A DNA stretch of 64,000 nt from contig CAVRAL010000004.1 in assembly GCA_963719085.1 (NCBI GenBank), forward strand, positions 576,001 through 640,000, written 5' to 3'. The position numbers and the translations under genes are program-made. The notes under the pieces were generated by a model. It saw nothing but the letters and a program-made list of their open reading frames with translations, was not told the DNA's origin and searched no databases. The stretch comes from a candidate division FCPU426 bacterium. GTDB taxonomy: Bacteria > Oederibacteriota > Muellerivitia > Muellerivitales > Muellerivitaceae. Below are positions 37,788 through 47,412 of this stretch, in pieces. The number at the start of each line of letters is the position of its first letter. The first letter of the stretch is position 1.

Positions 37788-37830
37788 AAGGACTTGAGGA
37801 AACGGTCCTTGTTTTTATAATGCCTTCCTA

Positions 37831-38535
37831 ATGTTCATCACCTTTTCGGACGACAGTCCGGCCTCCAAAAATATCCCCTGGGCCAACACCTTCATGATTT
37901 TGGTGAATGTGGTGGTGGCTTACCTGACCATCGGCCATGATGATTTTCAACAGGTCCTGGATCAGTATGGTTTTATACCGGCCCGGCACATCGGCATCGG
38001 CGTTTTTACCGGGCTGTTTCTCCACAGCAGTTGGACCCAATTGGTGGCCAACATGTCCTTTCTTTTTTTCTTCGGTAAGGGCGTGGAAAACCAATGGGGG
38101 AAGGGGCCTTACTTTGTTTCGTATCTGCTTTGCGGCCTGGCCGGCGAGGTGGCCCATCTGCATTTCCATCCCCACAGCACCCTGGCCTTGATCGGCGCCT
38201 CCCGGGTGGTGACGGGCATGGGGGTCATTTATCTGCTGCACTACCCCTGGGGCCGCATGAAATGGATTTTTTCTTTTTTCGGGGTGCCTTTGCTGGAGAT
38301 TCCCTCGCGCACGATTTTCGTGATGGGTTTGTGGGCTCTGGTGCAGGCGGCGCTGGCCTTTATTCCCTGGAGCGAGCTTCCCAGGTTGATGCCTTTTTTA
38401 TCGCGTTGGAACGGAACCCTCTTCACCATCCATCAGACCGCCGGAACTGCCTGGGACGCCCACTTGGGCGCTTTGGCGATGGGTCTCATTTTGTTCGCTT
38501 GGTTCACGATTTTAAGGGGCAAAAAGAAAAAATAA
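37831..38535 (+). CDS. Rhomboid-family intramembrane serine protease
   Basis: FLH....L..NM.FL.FFG..VE..G, GAS catalytic Ser, AHLG catalytic His. Confidence 0.85.
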   Translation: MFITFSDDSPASKNIPWANTFMILVNVVVAYLTIGHDDFQQVLDQYGFIPARHIGIGVFTGLFLHSSWTQLVANMSFLFFFGKGVENQWGKGPYFVSYLLCGLAGEVAHLHFHPHSTLALIGASRVVTGMGVIYLLHYPWGRMKWIFSFFGVPLLEIPSRTIFVMGLWALVQAALAFIPWSELPRLMPFLSRWNGTLFTIHQTAGTAWDAHLGALAMGLILFAWFTILRGKKKK

Positions 38536-38541
38536 GCCTCT

Positions 38542-39645
38542 TCAGCCCGCGCTGAAAAGCCGGGCGATATTTTCTTCCGGCACCCCGGGCGCCTGGGCCA
38601 CCCCCAGGTTTTCCCGCACATGCTCCTTGCGTTTCATCCCCACCAAAGCCGCCGTCACGCCGGGAGTGGAGCGGACAAATTGAACCGCCCGCTGAGCGTC
38701 GGTCGCGAGGCCGGGAAAATTCTCGTTCACGATCGCGGGCAAATTGCGGGAGAGCTTGGATTGCAGGATGGACGCGCTGGTAAAAACCGCCACACCGTTT
38801 TTACGGGCGGCTTCTAAAAGCGGCGTCCGCCGGTCGCCGTCCAATTGGTTCGGGATCCCATAAGCTTCCGTCATGCCCAAATTGTAAGGCAGTTGAACGG
38901 CTTTAAAATGATGATGATCGCCGCCGGCCTTTTCGGCCGTTCGAAGCACATCCTGAAGCGACAAATAGTCCTGGTCGTTAGGCCTTACCCGGTAGCCGTT
39001 CCAAGTGGCGGTGCCGTAAGCCTTTATTTTTCCCTCGGCGGCCAACTTTTCCAGCTCGCGGAAAGCCTGCTCCAAGCGGAATAAAAACTCATCCCGAGCG
39101 ACTTCGTCCAATTGCATTTCCGGATTATGCACGTGGTAAAGATCGATGGAATCCAGCGAAAGATTGTTGAGCGACCGTTCCACTTGATCTCGAAGATAAC
39201 CGGGTGTCATACAATGGCATCCGGCCACGATGTCCTTAGGCTCGCAAATCCCGGCGGCGAAATACTGCTCCTGAAAATAGGCCCGGGGATCCCGGGGCGG
39301 CTCCCCGTCGAAGGGAATAAATCCCCCCTTGGTGCAGATCACGACTTCTTCCCTTTTAATTTTTCCTTCGCCGATTAATTTTTTCAGCGCCGCGCCGATA
39401 TTTCGCTCGCTTCGCATACAGCGGTAATTGATGGCCGAGTCGACAAGATTGATTCCCGAAAGCAGGGCTTCCTCGATGGCTTCTATATACAACCGGTCAT
39501 CCCCTTCATCTTGGTTTCCCAAGTAAGTGCCCAGGCCCAGGGAAGAAACTTGGAGGCCGTTAAAATCGCGGTAATGCCCGGCCTTGAGTAAGGCGGGGAA
39601 TTTTTCAGCGTACTTTTGAGTGGCGGCCGGCGTAGCGGATGACAT
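38542..39645 (-). CDS. Aldo/keto reductase
   Basis: SSLGLGTYLG, D.AINYR..RSE, TKGG, IDLYHVHNPE, QLPYN. Confidence 0.9.
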   Translation of the reverse strand: MSSATPAATQKYAEKFPALLKAGHYRDFNGLQVSSLGLGTYLGNQDEGDDRLYIEAIEEALLSGINLVDSAINYRCMRSERNIGAALKKLIGEGKIKREEVVICTKGGFIPFDGEPPRDPRAYFQEQYFAAGICEPKDIVAGCHCMTPGYLRDQVERSLNNLSLDSIDLYHVHNPEMQLDEVARDEFLFRLEQAFRELEKLAAEGKIKAYGTATWNGYRVRPNDQDYLSLQDVLRTAEKAGGDHHHFKAVQLPYNLGMTEAYGIPNQLDGDRRTPLLEAARKNGVAVFTSASILQSKLSRNLPAIVNENFPGLATDAQRAVQFVRSTPGVTAALVGMKRKEHVRENLGVAQAPGVPEENIARLFSAG

Positions 39646-39713
39646 AGATATTCCTTTTTTAGTTTCCCCGATTATGGATTGAAACCGCCCCCCAGGGCCA
39701 GGGCCTTAAAAAT

Positions 39714-39748
39714 AAAAAAGCCCGCTCCCGAAACCGGGAACGGGCTTT
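39714..39748 (-). terminator. Rho-independent terminator
   Basis: Minus strand reads AAAGCCCGTTCCCG-GTTT-CGGGAGCGGGCTTTTTT. Confidence 0.8.
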
Positions 39749-39761
39749 AAAAATAGTAATC

Positions 39762-40472
39762 TCACGGAACCGAAATACTGGCTTCCCATTCCTGATAAAT
39801 GGACACCGCCCCATAGGCCAGCGTGGCGTTGGAGATTGAAGAAACAGTTACTCCCGCTCCCACGTCCATTCCATAGAGATGGGGCGGAGTGATGGGATAG
39901 GTTGTGCCGGTATTGATCGTGACCGGAAAAGTAAAGTTCGAAAGGCTCAAAGTATCCGTGGCCCCGGCGCTATTCTCGATCTCCAAAAAGGAAAAGTCGA
40001 CCGGGGTGGAGCAGGTAACCAAAGTGACCGCGCCGCCCGCCGTAGCCGTCTGCCAAGTGACCGCACCCGGGGCCACTAGGGTGACAGAGCCGACGGTGCC
40101 CAAAACATCGGTGGACAGCACATAGGTTGAACCGGGGCTGTAGGTGAAGCTTCCATTGTAATAATCCGAGTAGGCGTGCCCCGAATGGCTGACGGGTCCA
40201 TCATAGGCCAGTGCCACGGGCGCTCCGGGAAAGTTTCCTGAAAGGCTGACAGCCGCGGCGGTATAGGGAGCGCCGTTTACCTCCAGGCCCATCTCCACGC
40301 CGGAACCACCATTGATTTCCGAAATAAACGGCTCCGCCCAGGTAAAGGTCACGGCTCCCGCCACGGGGCCCGTGGGAGAGGACTTGCTTCCACAACCGGC
40401 CTGAAAAACCGACAAGCTCGCGGCCAGGAACAAACCCCAAACGCCCAACATCCACTTGATTTCCCCCGTCAT
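39762..40472 (-). CDS. Hypothetical beta-rich lipoprotein
   Basis: Lipobox-like QAGC followed by GSKSSPTGP; Thr/Val/Tyr-rich beta-sandwich-like body. Start uncertain. Confidence 0.65.
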   Translation of the reverse strand: MTGEIKWMLGVWGLFLAASLSVFQAGCGSKSSPTGPVAGAVTFTWAEPFISEINGGSGVEMGLEVNGAPYTAAAVSLSGNFPGAPVALAYDGPVSHSGHAYSDYYNGSFTYSPGSTYVLSTDVLGTVGSVTLVAPGAVTWQTATAGGAVTLVTCSTPVDFSFLEIENSAGATDTLSLSNFTFPVTINTGTTYPITPPHLYGMDVGAGVTVSSISNATLAYGAVSIYQEWEASISVP

Positions 40473-40560
40473 GACTTGCCCCCATTGGATCGTGATTGAA
40501 TAGGCAGCGAGTCTAGACAATCGGGGGGCTGTTTACCAGCGGAAAGGCCGTTGGAGCCGA

Positions 40561-41070
40561 TTACCAGCGATAAGGGACGAGAATCACCCCTTCTTGTTCC
40601 ACGGTGAGATGCTTTCGATCGGAGTCCAGTCGGCCCTTCATGGACTCGTAAAATTGACGATAAGGGTTTTTTTCCAAAACCCAAACCACGGCGGGAGACA
40701 AACCCGACTGACGGAGCCGCCCAAGGGCCGCCCGAAATAATTCCCGGCCTACTCCTTTGCCTTGGAATTTTTTTAAAAGATAAATCGCGTAAATCTCGCC
40801 CTCGCCGCTTTGGGGGCGGCCGCGTTCTTTCCCGCCGTCCACAAACCCCGCGATTTCATTCTCCACTTCCGCCACATAAAGGAAATAAGAAAAGGAATTC
40901 GGTTGGAGGCTTTGCTGAAAGATTTGCGCGGCGGCCGCCTCGGTCATGCCTTCTAAAAAAAGCTTGGGCGCGATGCCCGTGTAGGTTTCCCGCCAGGATT
41001 GGGCATAAGCCCGCGAAATGGCCGGAATATCCGCCGTCCGGCCTTCGCGCAAGCGGAAGGAAAAACTCAA
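40561..41070 (-). CDS. GNAT family N-acetyltransferase
   Basis: SWRETY.GI, GEIYAIYL, QGKGVGR, WVL..NP...FYE..G. Confidence 0.9.
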   Translation of the reverse strand: MSFSFRLREGRTADIPAISRAYAQSWRETYTGIAPKLFLEGMTEAAAAQIFQQSLQPNSFSYFLYVAEVENEIAGFVDGGKERGRPQSGEGEIYAIYLLKKFQGKGVGRELFRAALGRLRQSGLSPAVVWVLEKNPYRQFYESMKGRLDSDRKHLTVEQEGVILVPYRW

Positions 41071-41087
41071 AGGAACCTCGCCCGAGC

Positions 41088-43004
41088 TTAGCGGCCTCCG
41101 GTGTTGGGCGGGCCGAACTTGCCCTTAAACCCTTCCCCGTCGTCGGCCATGATGCCCTTTTCCACCCACTCGAACTCATGATTCAAGACCTTGGCCGCGA
41201 CTTTGCTTTCGGCCACATCGGCGTTTGAGAAGACGCCGTCAAAATAGGCGTGGATACGCAGCTTGGCTTCCCGGCAAAAAAGGTCCGCCAATTCCCGGGG
41301 GCCGCTTTCCCCCGGCGCTTGTTTTTCCACCGCCAAAACCTTGGTGCAGGCTGCGGTCATGGCGAAAAGCTCCGTTCCGATTTCCACCAACCGCCCCAAA
41401 ATCATCTGGCGGCGCTCGAGCTTGGGCCCGAATTTAACCATTTGATGGAAAAGCGTACGGGCCAATTTGCGGGAAGTCGTTTCCACATAACGCATGTGGC
41501 CGGCCAGCGATCCATAGGCCGAATAACGGGGCCACAGGCCCGTGGGCATCCAAAGCCGGGGATACCAGAAAGGATAAAAGCGCGCGCAATTGATGAAAGC
41601 CTTGAGCTTTTCCTTGATCGGAGCGCTGGGGGTTAACAAAGGCCCGGCGGTGCTCATGTGCTTGTCCATGGCTTCCCGGGCGATAAACAGATGCTGGATT
41701 TCATCCGTGCCCTCGATGATGCGGTTGATGCGGGAATCGCGCATCATGCGCTCCACCGCGTAGCCCTTTTCACCCCGGCCCCGGAGCGACTTCGCCGTCT
41801 CATAGCCCCGGCCGCCCCGAAGCTGCATCAAGTCGTCCACGATCTTCCAGGAGGCCTCACTGCAAAAAAGCTTGGCCATGGCCGCCTCGAGGCGGATGTC
41901 GGCGCCGCCCCGGTCCACCAGCGCGGAAGTGTAATAGGTCATGGCTTCCTGGGCGAAGGTGGAGGCCGCCATATTGGCGATCTTCACCGCGCCCGGCTCA
42001 TGCTTTCCGATGGGCGCGCCCCATTGTTCCCGTTCCTTGCCCCAAATTTTAGCGATCTGAAGCGCTTGCTTGCTCATCCCGGCGGACGCCGCCGGCAAGG
42101 TGAGCCGGCCCGTGTTCAAGGTAATGAGCGCCAGCTTGAGACCCAACCCCTCGCCCCAAAGGATGTTTTCGGATGGGACCGTAACCTTATTGAAATTGAT
42201 CACACCGTTCTGGATGGCGCGGATGCCCATAAAATCGCAGCGGTGCTTGTACTCGATGCCCGGTGTTCCTTTTTCAACGATGAAAGCCGTGATCTGTCGC
42301 TTCTCCCGGCCGTTCACCATTTTGGACGGGGTTTTGGCCATCACGCAAATGACATCGGCCACCAGCCCATTCGTGCACCAAAGCTTGGTGCCGTTGATGG
42401 TCCAGGTCTTGCCGTCGGCCGAAGGCTCGGCGGTCACGGTCATGCGGGCCGGATCGGACCCCACGCCGGGCTCGGTCAAGGCGAAAGCCGAGATGGCGCC
42501 CTTGGCGAACATGGGAAAATATTTTTTCTTTTGCGCCTCATTTCCAAAAAGCTTCAGAGGCTGGGGCACGCCGATGGACTGATGCGCCGAAAGCCACACG
42601 GCGGTGGAACCGCAATAGGAAGCCACCATGGCCACGGCCCGGTTGTAATTGATCTGCGAAAATCCCAATCCGCCGTATTCTTTGGGGATCTTCATGCCCC
42701 AGCAGCCCAGCTTGGCCAAGCCGTCGATCACGCCTTGGGGCAGGGTTCCCGTTCGATCGACTTCGTCCGGATCCAGGTTGTCTTTCAAAAAAGCTTCCAG
42801 GCGGACCATAAACTCATCGCCGATGGCCTTGTCCTCGGGTGATTGCAGGGGATAGGGCGAGATCAAATCCGTGCGCAAACGCCCTAAAAATAACTCGGCC
42901 ACGAAGCTGGGCTGGGTCCATTCGGTTTCCCGCGCCCCCTCGGCCACTTCCAGGGATTCTTTTTCTTTCTCGCTTAAATGTTTGAGTTCGGTCGTGACGC
43001 TCAT
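41088..43004 (-). CDS. Acyl-CoA dehydrogenase (long, FadE10/VLCAD-like)
   Basis: IPKEYGGLG, SAHQSIG, FALTEP..GSD, NGTKLW.TNG, GGRGY, RD.RI.RI.EGT.EI. Confidence 0.93.
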   Translation of the reverse strand: MSVTTELKHLSEKEKESLEVAEGARETEWTQPSFVAELFLGRLRTDLISPYPLQSPEDKAIGDEFMVRLEAFLKDNLDPDEVDRTGTLPQGVIDGLAKLGCWGMKIPKEYGGLGFSQINYNRAVAMVASYCGSTAVWLSAHQSIGVPQPLKLFGNEAQKKKYFPMFAKGAISAFALTEPGVGSDPARMTVTAEPSADGKTWTINGTKLWCTNGLVADVICVMAKTPSKMVNGREKRQITAFIVEKGTPGIEYKHRCDFMGIRAIQNGVINFNKVTVPSENILWGEGLGLKLALITLNTGRLTLPAASAGMSKQALQIAKIWGKEREQWGAPIGKHEPGAVKIANMAASTFAQEAMTYYTSALVDRGGADIRLEAAMAKLFCSEASWKIVDDLMQLRGGRGYETAKSLRGRGEKGYAVERMMRDSRINRIIEGTDEIQHLFIAREAMDKHMSTAGPLLTPSAPIKEKLKAFINCARFYPFWYPRLWMPTGLWPRYSAYGSLAGHMRYVETTSRKLARTLFHQMVKFGPKLERRQMILGRLVEIGTELFAMTAACTKVLAVEKQAPGESGPRELADLFCREAKLRIHAYFDGVFSNADVAESKVAAKVLNHEFEWVEKGIMADDGEGFKGKFGPPNTGGR

Positions 43005-43146
43005 GAAGGGGTTCCTTTGACAGAGAATTAATTAAGTGGCAAATCCAAAAACCTGTCGGTCGACGATTAAAGCGGGCTGGAGCCGATTCAGCTAAGGCCT
43101 ATTTTACTCCTGTCTCTTTTTAACCGTAAGATGAAATCGGGTTCTT

Positions 43147-43671
43147 TTACAGGCCCACCCAAAGTCCGGCCGTTAAGGGAATGTCCAATTCCACCGGAGA
43201 AGCGTCGATCAAACTATTAAGGGCGGCTTGGACAAAAAGGTGGCTGTCCCCGCCTAAATCAACTTGGGCGCCAACGCCCGCCTGAAGGTCCAGGTTGGAA
43301 GCGCTGCCGCCGCTAAAATAAAAGGTTCGAAGCGAAAGTCCCGGACCGGCCAAAAGATAGGGCTGCCAACCCGCGCCCGGGAAAGTATATTTGGCCTGCG
43401 CTAAAAACCTAAAATGGTACTGGGCGTGGCCGCCCCCGAGAAAAGACCAGTCCTCAAACTGCAGTTGGGCCGACCAATCCGAATTCATTCGGACGCCCCC
43501 AAAAAAATGCGCGCCGCCCCCCACATAATAAGCGGGATCAAAGCCGGAGGCCGGTAAATCCACCCCCGTGCCTATTCCTATGTAAAAAGGATGGGATACA
43601 GCGGCAGTCTCCTGCGCCCGGGCTGAAACCGTCAGAAAAACGAAAATCAAAAACAGGATTATTTTTTTCAT
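43147..43671 (-). CDS. OmpA-like 8-stranded outer-membrane beta-barrel
   Basis: MKK signal peptide; FYIG, PYLLAGPG, AGVG; extended -10 TGTTATAAT upstream. Confidence 0.75.
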   Translation of the reverse strand: MKKIILFLIFVFLTVSARAQETAAVSHPFYIGIGTGVDLPASGFDPAYYVGGGAHFFGGVRMNSDWSAQLQFEDWSFLGGGHAQYHFRFLAQAKYTFPGAGWQPYLLAGPGLSLRTFYFSGGSASNLDLQAGVGAQVDLGGDSHLFVQAALNSLIDASPVELDIPLTAGLWVGL

Positions 43672-43763
43672 GCCCCCACCCCTTCCCATAAGATGCCAAA
43701 TTATAACAATCTTTGAAAAAGAAACCGATTCCCAAGGCCCCCCGGGAGCGTTAAAATAAGGAC

Positions 43764-43985
43764 ATGAACTCATTCGCCAATCCCGCGGACGCCGCTCTTT
43801 TTGAATACCCGGAATTTCCCAAAGCCGTTCAGGAAAGTTTCGAGGCCTTCAATGATCCCGCGGTTTCTCCCGGTTTTACCGATTTCACCACCGCCCAGAC
43901 CATCGCTCCTGAGGAAACCATCACCTTGGTTCAACCCGCCTTATTCCAGGATTTTAAGGATGTCTTGGCCGCCACGCAGTCCTGA
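43764..43985 (+). CDS. Small acidic hypothetical protein
   Basis: TTCCCA-17-TAAAAT promoter 6 nt before the ATG; fills the gap up to the next gene. Confidence 0.5.
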   Translation: MNSFANPADAALFEYPEFPKAVQESFEAFNDPAVSPGFTDFTTAQTIAPEETITLVQPALFQDFKDVLAATQS

Positions 43986-43991
43986 TTTTTT

Positions 43992-45887
43992 TTGACCGAT
44001 AGCCCTTCTCTCCCATCCGAACCGTTAAAAAAGTTTTCCCCTTGGGCCTACGCCTTGGCCGCTTGCTTTATCCTGATCGCCCTTTTCGCCTGCCGCCAAG
44101 ACCAAGACTTTGATATCGGCTTTCATCTCAAAGCCGGGCAATGGATCGCGCAAAACCAAACCGTGCCCCGTCTGGATTCTTTTACCTATACCGTCACCTC
44201 CCACCCTTACGTGGATATGCTTTGGTTGTACGAACTGGGTTGTTACGGCCTGAACCAGCTGGGCGGCCTGATTCTTTTATCCGTAGTTCACGATCTTTTA
44301 ATCCTGGCGGCTTTCGGGCTTTTGGTGTACCGGATGCGCCAAACCCAGGCGCCGCCCGGCGCGGTGGTTTTTTTACTTTTGCCCGCCATCCTTTGCGCGG
44401 AATTGCGGTTTCTGTTGCGGCCCGAGATCCTCAGCTGGGTTTTTCTTTTGCTGGTCTTGATGGCCCTGGACGCGCGGAAAAATTTGGGCCCGCGCCTTTT
44501 GTTCGTCTTGCCCCTTCTTCAGGTGTTTTGGGTGAATACGGAAGGCCTTTTTATTTTGGAATGGGTCGCGCTGGGCGCTTACCTGGTCTCGGATTGGATC
44601 GAGACCCGCCGCCCGGATAAAAATCTAGTCCAAGCTTCGCTTTTAACCTTGGCGGCTTCCTTGCTGAATCCTTATTTCATCCAGGGTGTCCTGTTTCCCT
44701 TCGCCCTGCTCAACCACTTGGAACCCCATAACCTCTTTCATCAAACCGTTTCGGAATTCCAATCCCCCTGGGTGGTGATCCGCGCGCAAAACGCGCCCTT
44801 CTTTCCCGCCCTGCCCTTGGCGCTTTATAAAATTTTGAGCTTATCGCTATTGGCCTTGGTGGCGCTTACCTTTCGGCGGCGAAAAATTCACGAATGGCTT
44901 TTAGTGGGGGCCTTTTTCGGATTGTCGGCCTTTTCCATTCGAAATGTTCCCCTATTCTTTTGGGTGGCTTTGCCCGTGGGAGCCTCTTGCGCGAAGGATC
45001 TTTTGGAAGGCCCGGCGCTTTGGCGCGGGAGGGTTTCTTCCTTTTTGGGACGAACCCCTTGGGTGGCTTTCATCGCCGCCTTATTGATTCTGATATTGGC
45101 CCTTCGGGTTTTTACCCAGGCCTACTACGTCTCGGACCGGCGCATGACGCAAAACGGCTTTGGCTTGGATGAGGGCCAGGTCCCGGTCAAGGCGGTCGAA
45201 TTTATGGACCGCTATGGCCTGGGCGGCACGATCCTCAACAATATGGCTTTTGGGTCTTGGCTGGATTGGAAGGGTCCCGCGCCGTCTTTTATCGATGGAC
45301 GGTTGGAGGTGATGGGCGAGCCCTTTTACGCCGAATATCTCAAAAGCTATCAAGCCGGGGGCCTGGCGCCGCTTCTTGAAAAATACGGCGTACAGTTGAT
45401 CCTGCTGGACCACATGATGGACATTCCTTGGGTCAGCCAATTGCGGACCCTGCCCAACTGGAGGCTGATTTATTTCGACGACTTAAGCGCGATTTACGCC
45501 CGTCGGGATTACGCGCCTCAATTTGTCCCCATCAATTTCGAGTCCGCCCTTCCGGCCTGGGGCATGAAACAAGAACCTTCGGACGATCGATTAACCAACT
45601 TGCGGGATCAGGAGCGTTTTGCCTTGGCGGACTGGATGGACGGTTTGGGAACGATTGCGCGTTATCCGATGCCGCTGATGCGGGTGGGAACCTTCGCTTA
45701 CGAAAACGGGCAATTTCAAGTCGCCCGGGATTTTTTCCTGAAAGCGCTGGACCAAAGCCAGGGAAAATATTATGAGATTTATTACAATTTGGGCTCCGCC
45801 TATGCCCGCCTGAATAACGCGGCCTTATCCGGCCTTTGCTATCAAAAGGCGGTGGAGCTGAAACCTTCCTTGGCCTTGTCCCGATAA
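43992..45887 (+). CDS. GT-C-like membrane protein with C-terminal TPR
   Basis: D.GFHL..G.WI, D.F.YT, RPE..S, W.N..G.F, NPY, FIDGR and YFDD motifs; TPR YYNLG.AY...A..Y.KA.EL.P. Confidence 0.78.
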   Translation: MTDSPSLPSEPLKKFSPWAYALAACFILIALFACRQDQDFDIGFHLKAGQWIAQNQTVPRLDSFTYTVTSHPYVDMLWLYELGCYGLNQLGGLILLSVVHDLLILAAFGLLVYRMRQTQAPPGAVVFLLLPAILCAELRFLLRPEILSWVFLLLVLMALDARKNLGPRLLFVLPLLQVFWVNTEGLFILEWVALGAYLVSDWIETRRPDKNLVQASLLTLAASLLNPYFIQGVLFPFALLNHLEPHNLFHQTVSEFQSPWVVIRAQNAPFFPALPLALYKILSLSLLALVALTFRRRKIHEWLLVGAFFGLSAFSIRNVPLFFWVALPVGASCAKDLLEGPALWRGRVSSFLGRTPWVAFIAALLILILALRVFTQAYYVSDRRMTQNGFGLDEGQVPVKAVEFMDRYGLGGTILNNMAFGSWLDWKGPAPSFIDGRLEVMGEPFYAEYLKSYQAGGLAPLLEKYGVQLILLDHMMDIPWVSQLRTLPNWRLIYFDDLSAIYARRDYAPQFVPINFESALPAWGMKQEPSDDRLTNLRDQERFALADWMDGLGTIARYPMPLMRVGTFAYENGQFQVARDFFLKALDQSQGKYYEIYYNLGSAYARLNNAALSGLCYQKAVELKPSLALSR

Positions 45888-45957
45888 ATGTCCGATCCTC
45901 TATCGAATTGATCGCTTGAAATCAGGGAAAAAGGGCCTCTTGGCTTTTTGAAATGGC

Positions 45958-45987
45958 TGTAACGTTCCCCACTATTCCATCGTCTAA
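45958..45987 (+). promoter_or_regulatory. ECF sigma-type promoter
   Basis: TGTAAC-N17-CGTCTAA upstream of the TPR-barrel gene. Confidence 0.6.
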
Positions 45988-46062
45988 AGGTTAGAAAGAA
46001 GAACAGCTTTAATAGACGAAAGACCTATCATGGATCTTTCGGATTTACTTTGGAGGCTCCTC

Positions 46063-47340
46063 ATGACCCGCTCTTGGAAAAACCTTTTGTCGCTATTTCT
46101 GGGGTTTAGTCCCTTTTTGGCCTGTTCCCCGCTTTTCGCCGCCGCCGCCCAGGATTATGACCAAGCCGGGATGGCGCTTTTTCGCGCCGGGCAATACGAA
46201 AAGTCGATCCAGTATTTCAACAACGCCGTCCAAGCCGACGCCACGGATTGGCAAGGCTACGAGGACATGGGCGACGCTTACATGAAGCTGGATGACAAGC
46301 CCAACGCCCTTTCGTCTTACCAGAAAGCGCTTCAGTTAAACCCGGGCGACTCCACCCTGCAGGCCTTGGTGGACAGCTTGAGCGACCAAGTGGGGACCGG
46401 AACCGCGGCGGAAGACCAAACCCAACCCGAAACCTCCAACCCGCCGGCGCAGCCCCAGGATGATTCCGGTTACGCCGCCCCGGCCCCCACCACCATTGTC
46501 GTCCGCCACTTCCGGCGGCACCGAATGGTCCGGGCGCTTCCTAATTACAACGACGGTTTGGCGCTGATGGACCACGCGCCGATCTGGTTCCGGGCAGAAT
46601 TCGGCTATGACTACTCGGCCCAAACCCAGCTCATGGACAGTGCCACAGCCACTAATACAGAAAACACCAATGGGGATTTATTTTTCAACTTCACCAGCGG
46701 CAATGCCAGCATGAGCCACAATGGCTTTCAAACCGGAGGTGAGCTTGGTTTTCTATTGAACCCCTATAACGGCATCGCCATTGGCGCTCGTTTCATCGAG
46801 GCCTCGGATTATAACTTGAGCGCGGTCAACTCGAACGCTTCGACGGTTTCGGGCGCTCCCAGTGACTTTGAGAACGCCACTTTCTCGCCTCGGGTGGTTC
46901 CAATCACGCTGGACTATTATCTGTTCCTGCCCGACCATTCGGGCCGTTTCTTCGTCAGCGGCGGCGTGGGTTATTATTTCGGCTCTGTCCAAGTGAACGA
47001 GAATTACAGCTTGAGCAATTATTACGGTAACGCCAATGCCTTCGGGAATCCCTACGGAAACCTCAACGCTGGCAATATTGGGTTCCAACTCGGCGTAGGC
47101 CGGGATTTCGCGGTAACGCCCTTCTTCGGGGTCTCGCTTTACGCCCGGGGCTATTTCGCCCAGATATCAAACTTCCAAGGCACCTTGTCCGACGGCCAAA
47201 GTTGGGCCTTGGTCAAATACCCTGACAACACCGTGGACATCGATAATCCGTCCAGCATCGGCTCAGGCGGGGTAAAAGCCGCGACCGTTGATTTCACTGG
47301 CTTTGATATCGGAGCGTCCCTCAACTTCTTCACCTTTTAA
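46063..47340 (+). CDS. TPR + outer-membrane beta-barrel protein
   Basis: GGAGG RBS; signal peptide; two TPRs; Pro/Gln linker; barrel strands (GGVGYY, GFQLGVG); C-terminal Phe. Confidence 0.8.
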   Translation: MTRSWKNLLSLFLGFSPFLACSPLFAAAAQDYDQAGMALFRAGQYEKSIQYFNNAVQADATDWQGYEDMGDAYMKLDDKPNALSSYQKALQLNPGDSTLQALVDSLSDQVGTGTAAEDQTQPETSNPPAQPQDDSGYAAPAPTTIVVRHFRRHRMVRALPNYNDGLALMDHAPIWFRAEFGYDYSAQTQLMDSATATNTENTNGDLFFNFTSGNASMSHNGFQTGGELGFLLNPYNGIAIGARFIEASDYNLSAVNSNASTVSGAPSDFENATFSPRVVPITLDYYLFLPDHSGRFFVSGGVGYYFGSVQVNENYSLSNYYGNANAFGNPYGNLNAGNIGFQLGVGRDFAVTPFFGVSLYARGYFAQISNFQGTLSDGQSWALVKYPDNTVDIDNPSSIGSGGVKAATVDFTGFDIGASLNFFTF

Positions 47341-47358
47341 CAGCCGTTGCGGTAATTT

Positions 47359-47390
47359 AAGGCCCGGACCCACCAGTCCGGGCCTTTTTT
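47359..47390 (+). terminator. Rho-independent terminator
   Basis: AAGGCCCGGAC-CCACCA-GTCCGGGCCTTTTTT. Confidence 0.85.
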
Positions 47391-47412
47391 ATTTTCGCTT
47401 CCCTCGTTTAGA

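Noticed and set aside
40505..40540. Possible ECF promoter for the 39762-40472 lipoprotein (AAAC...GTCTA)
   Set aside because: The spacer is about 12 nt, inconsistent with the 17-nt spacing of the other four sites.
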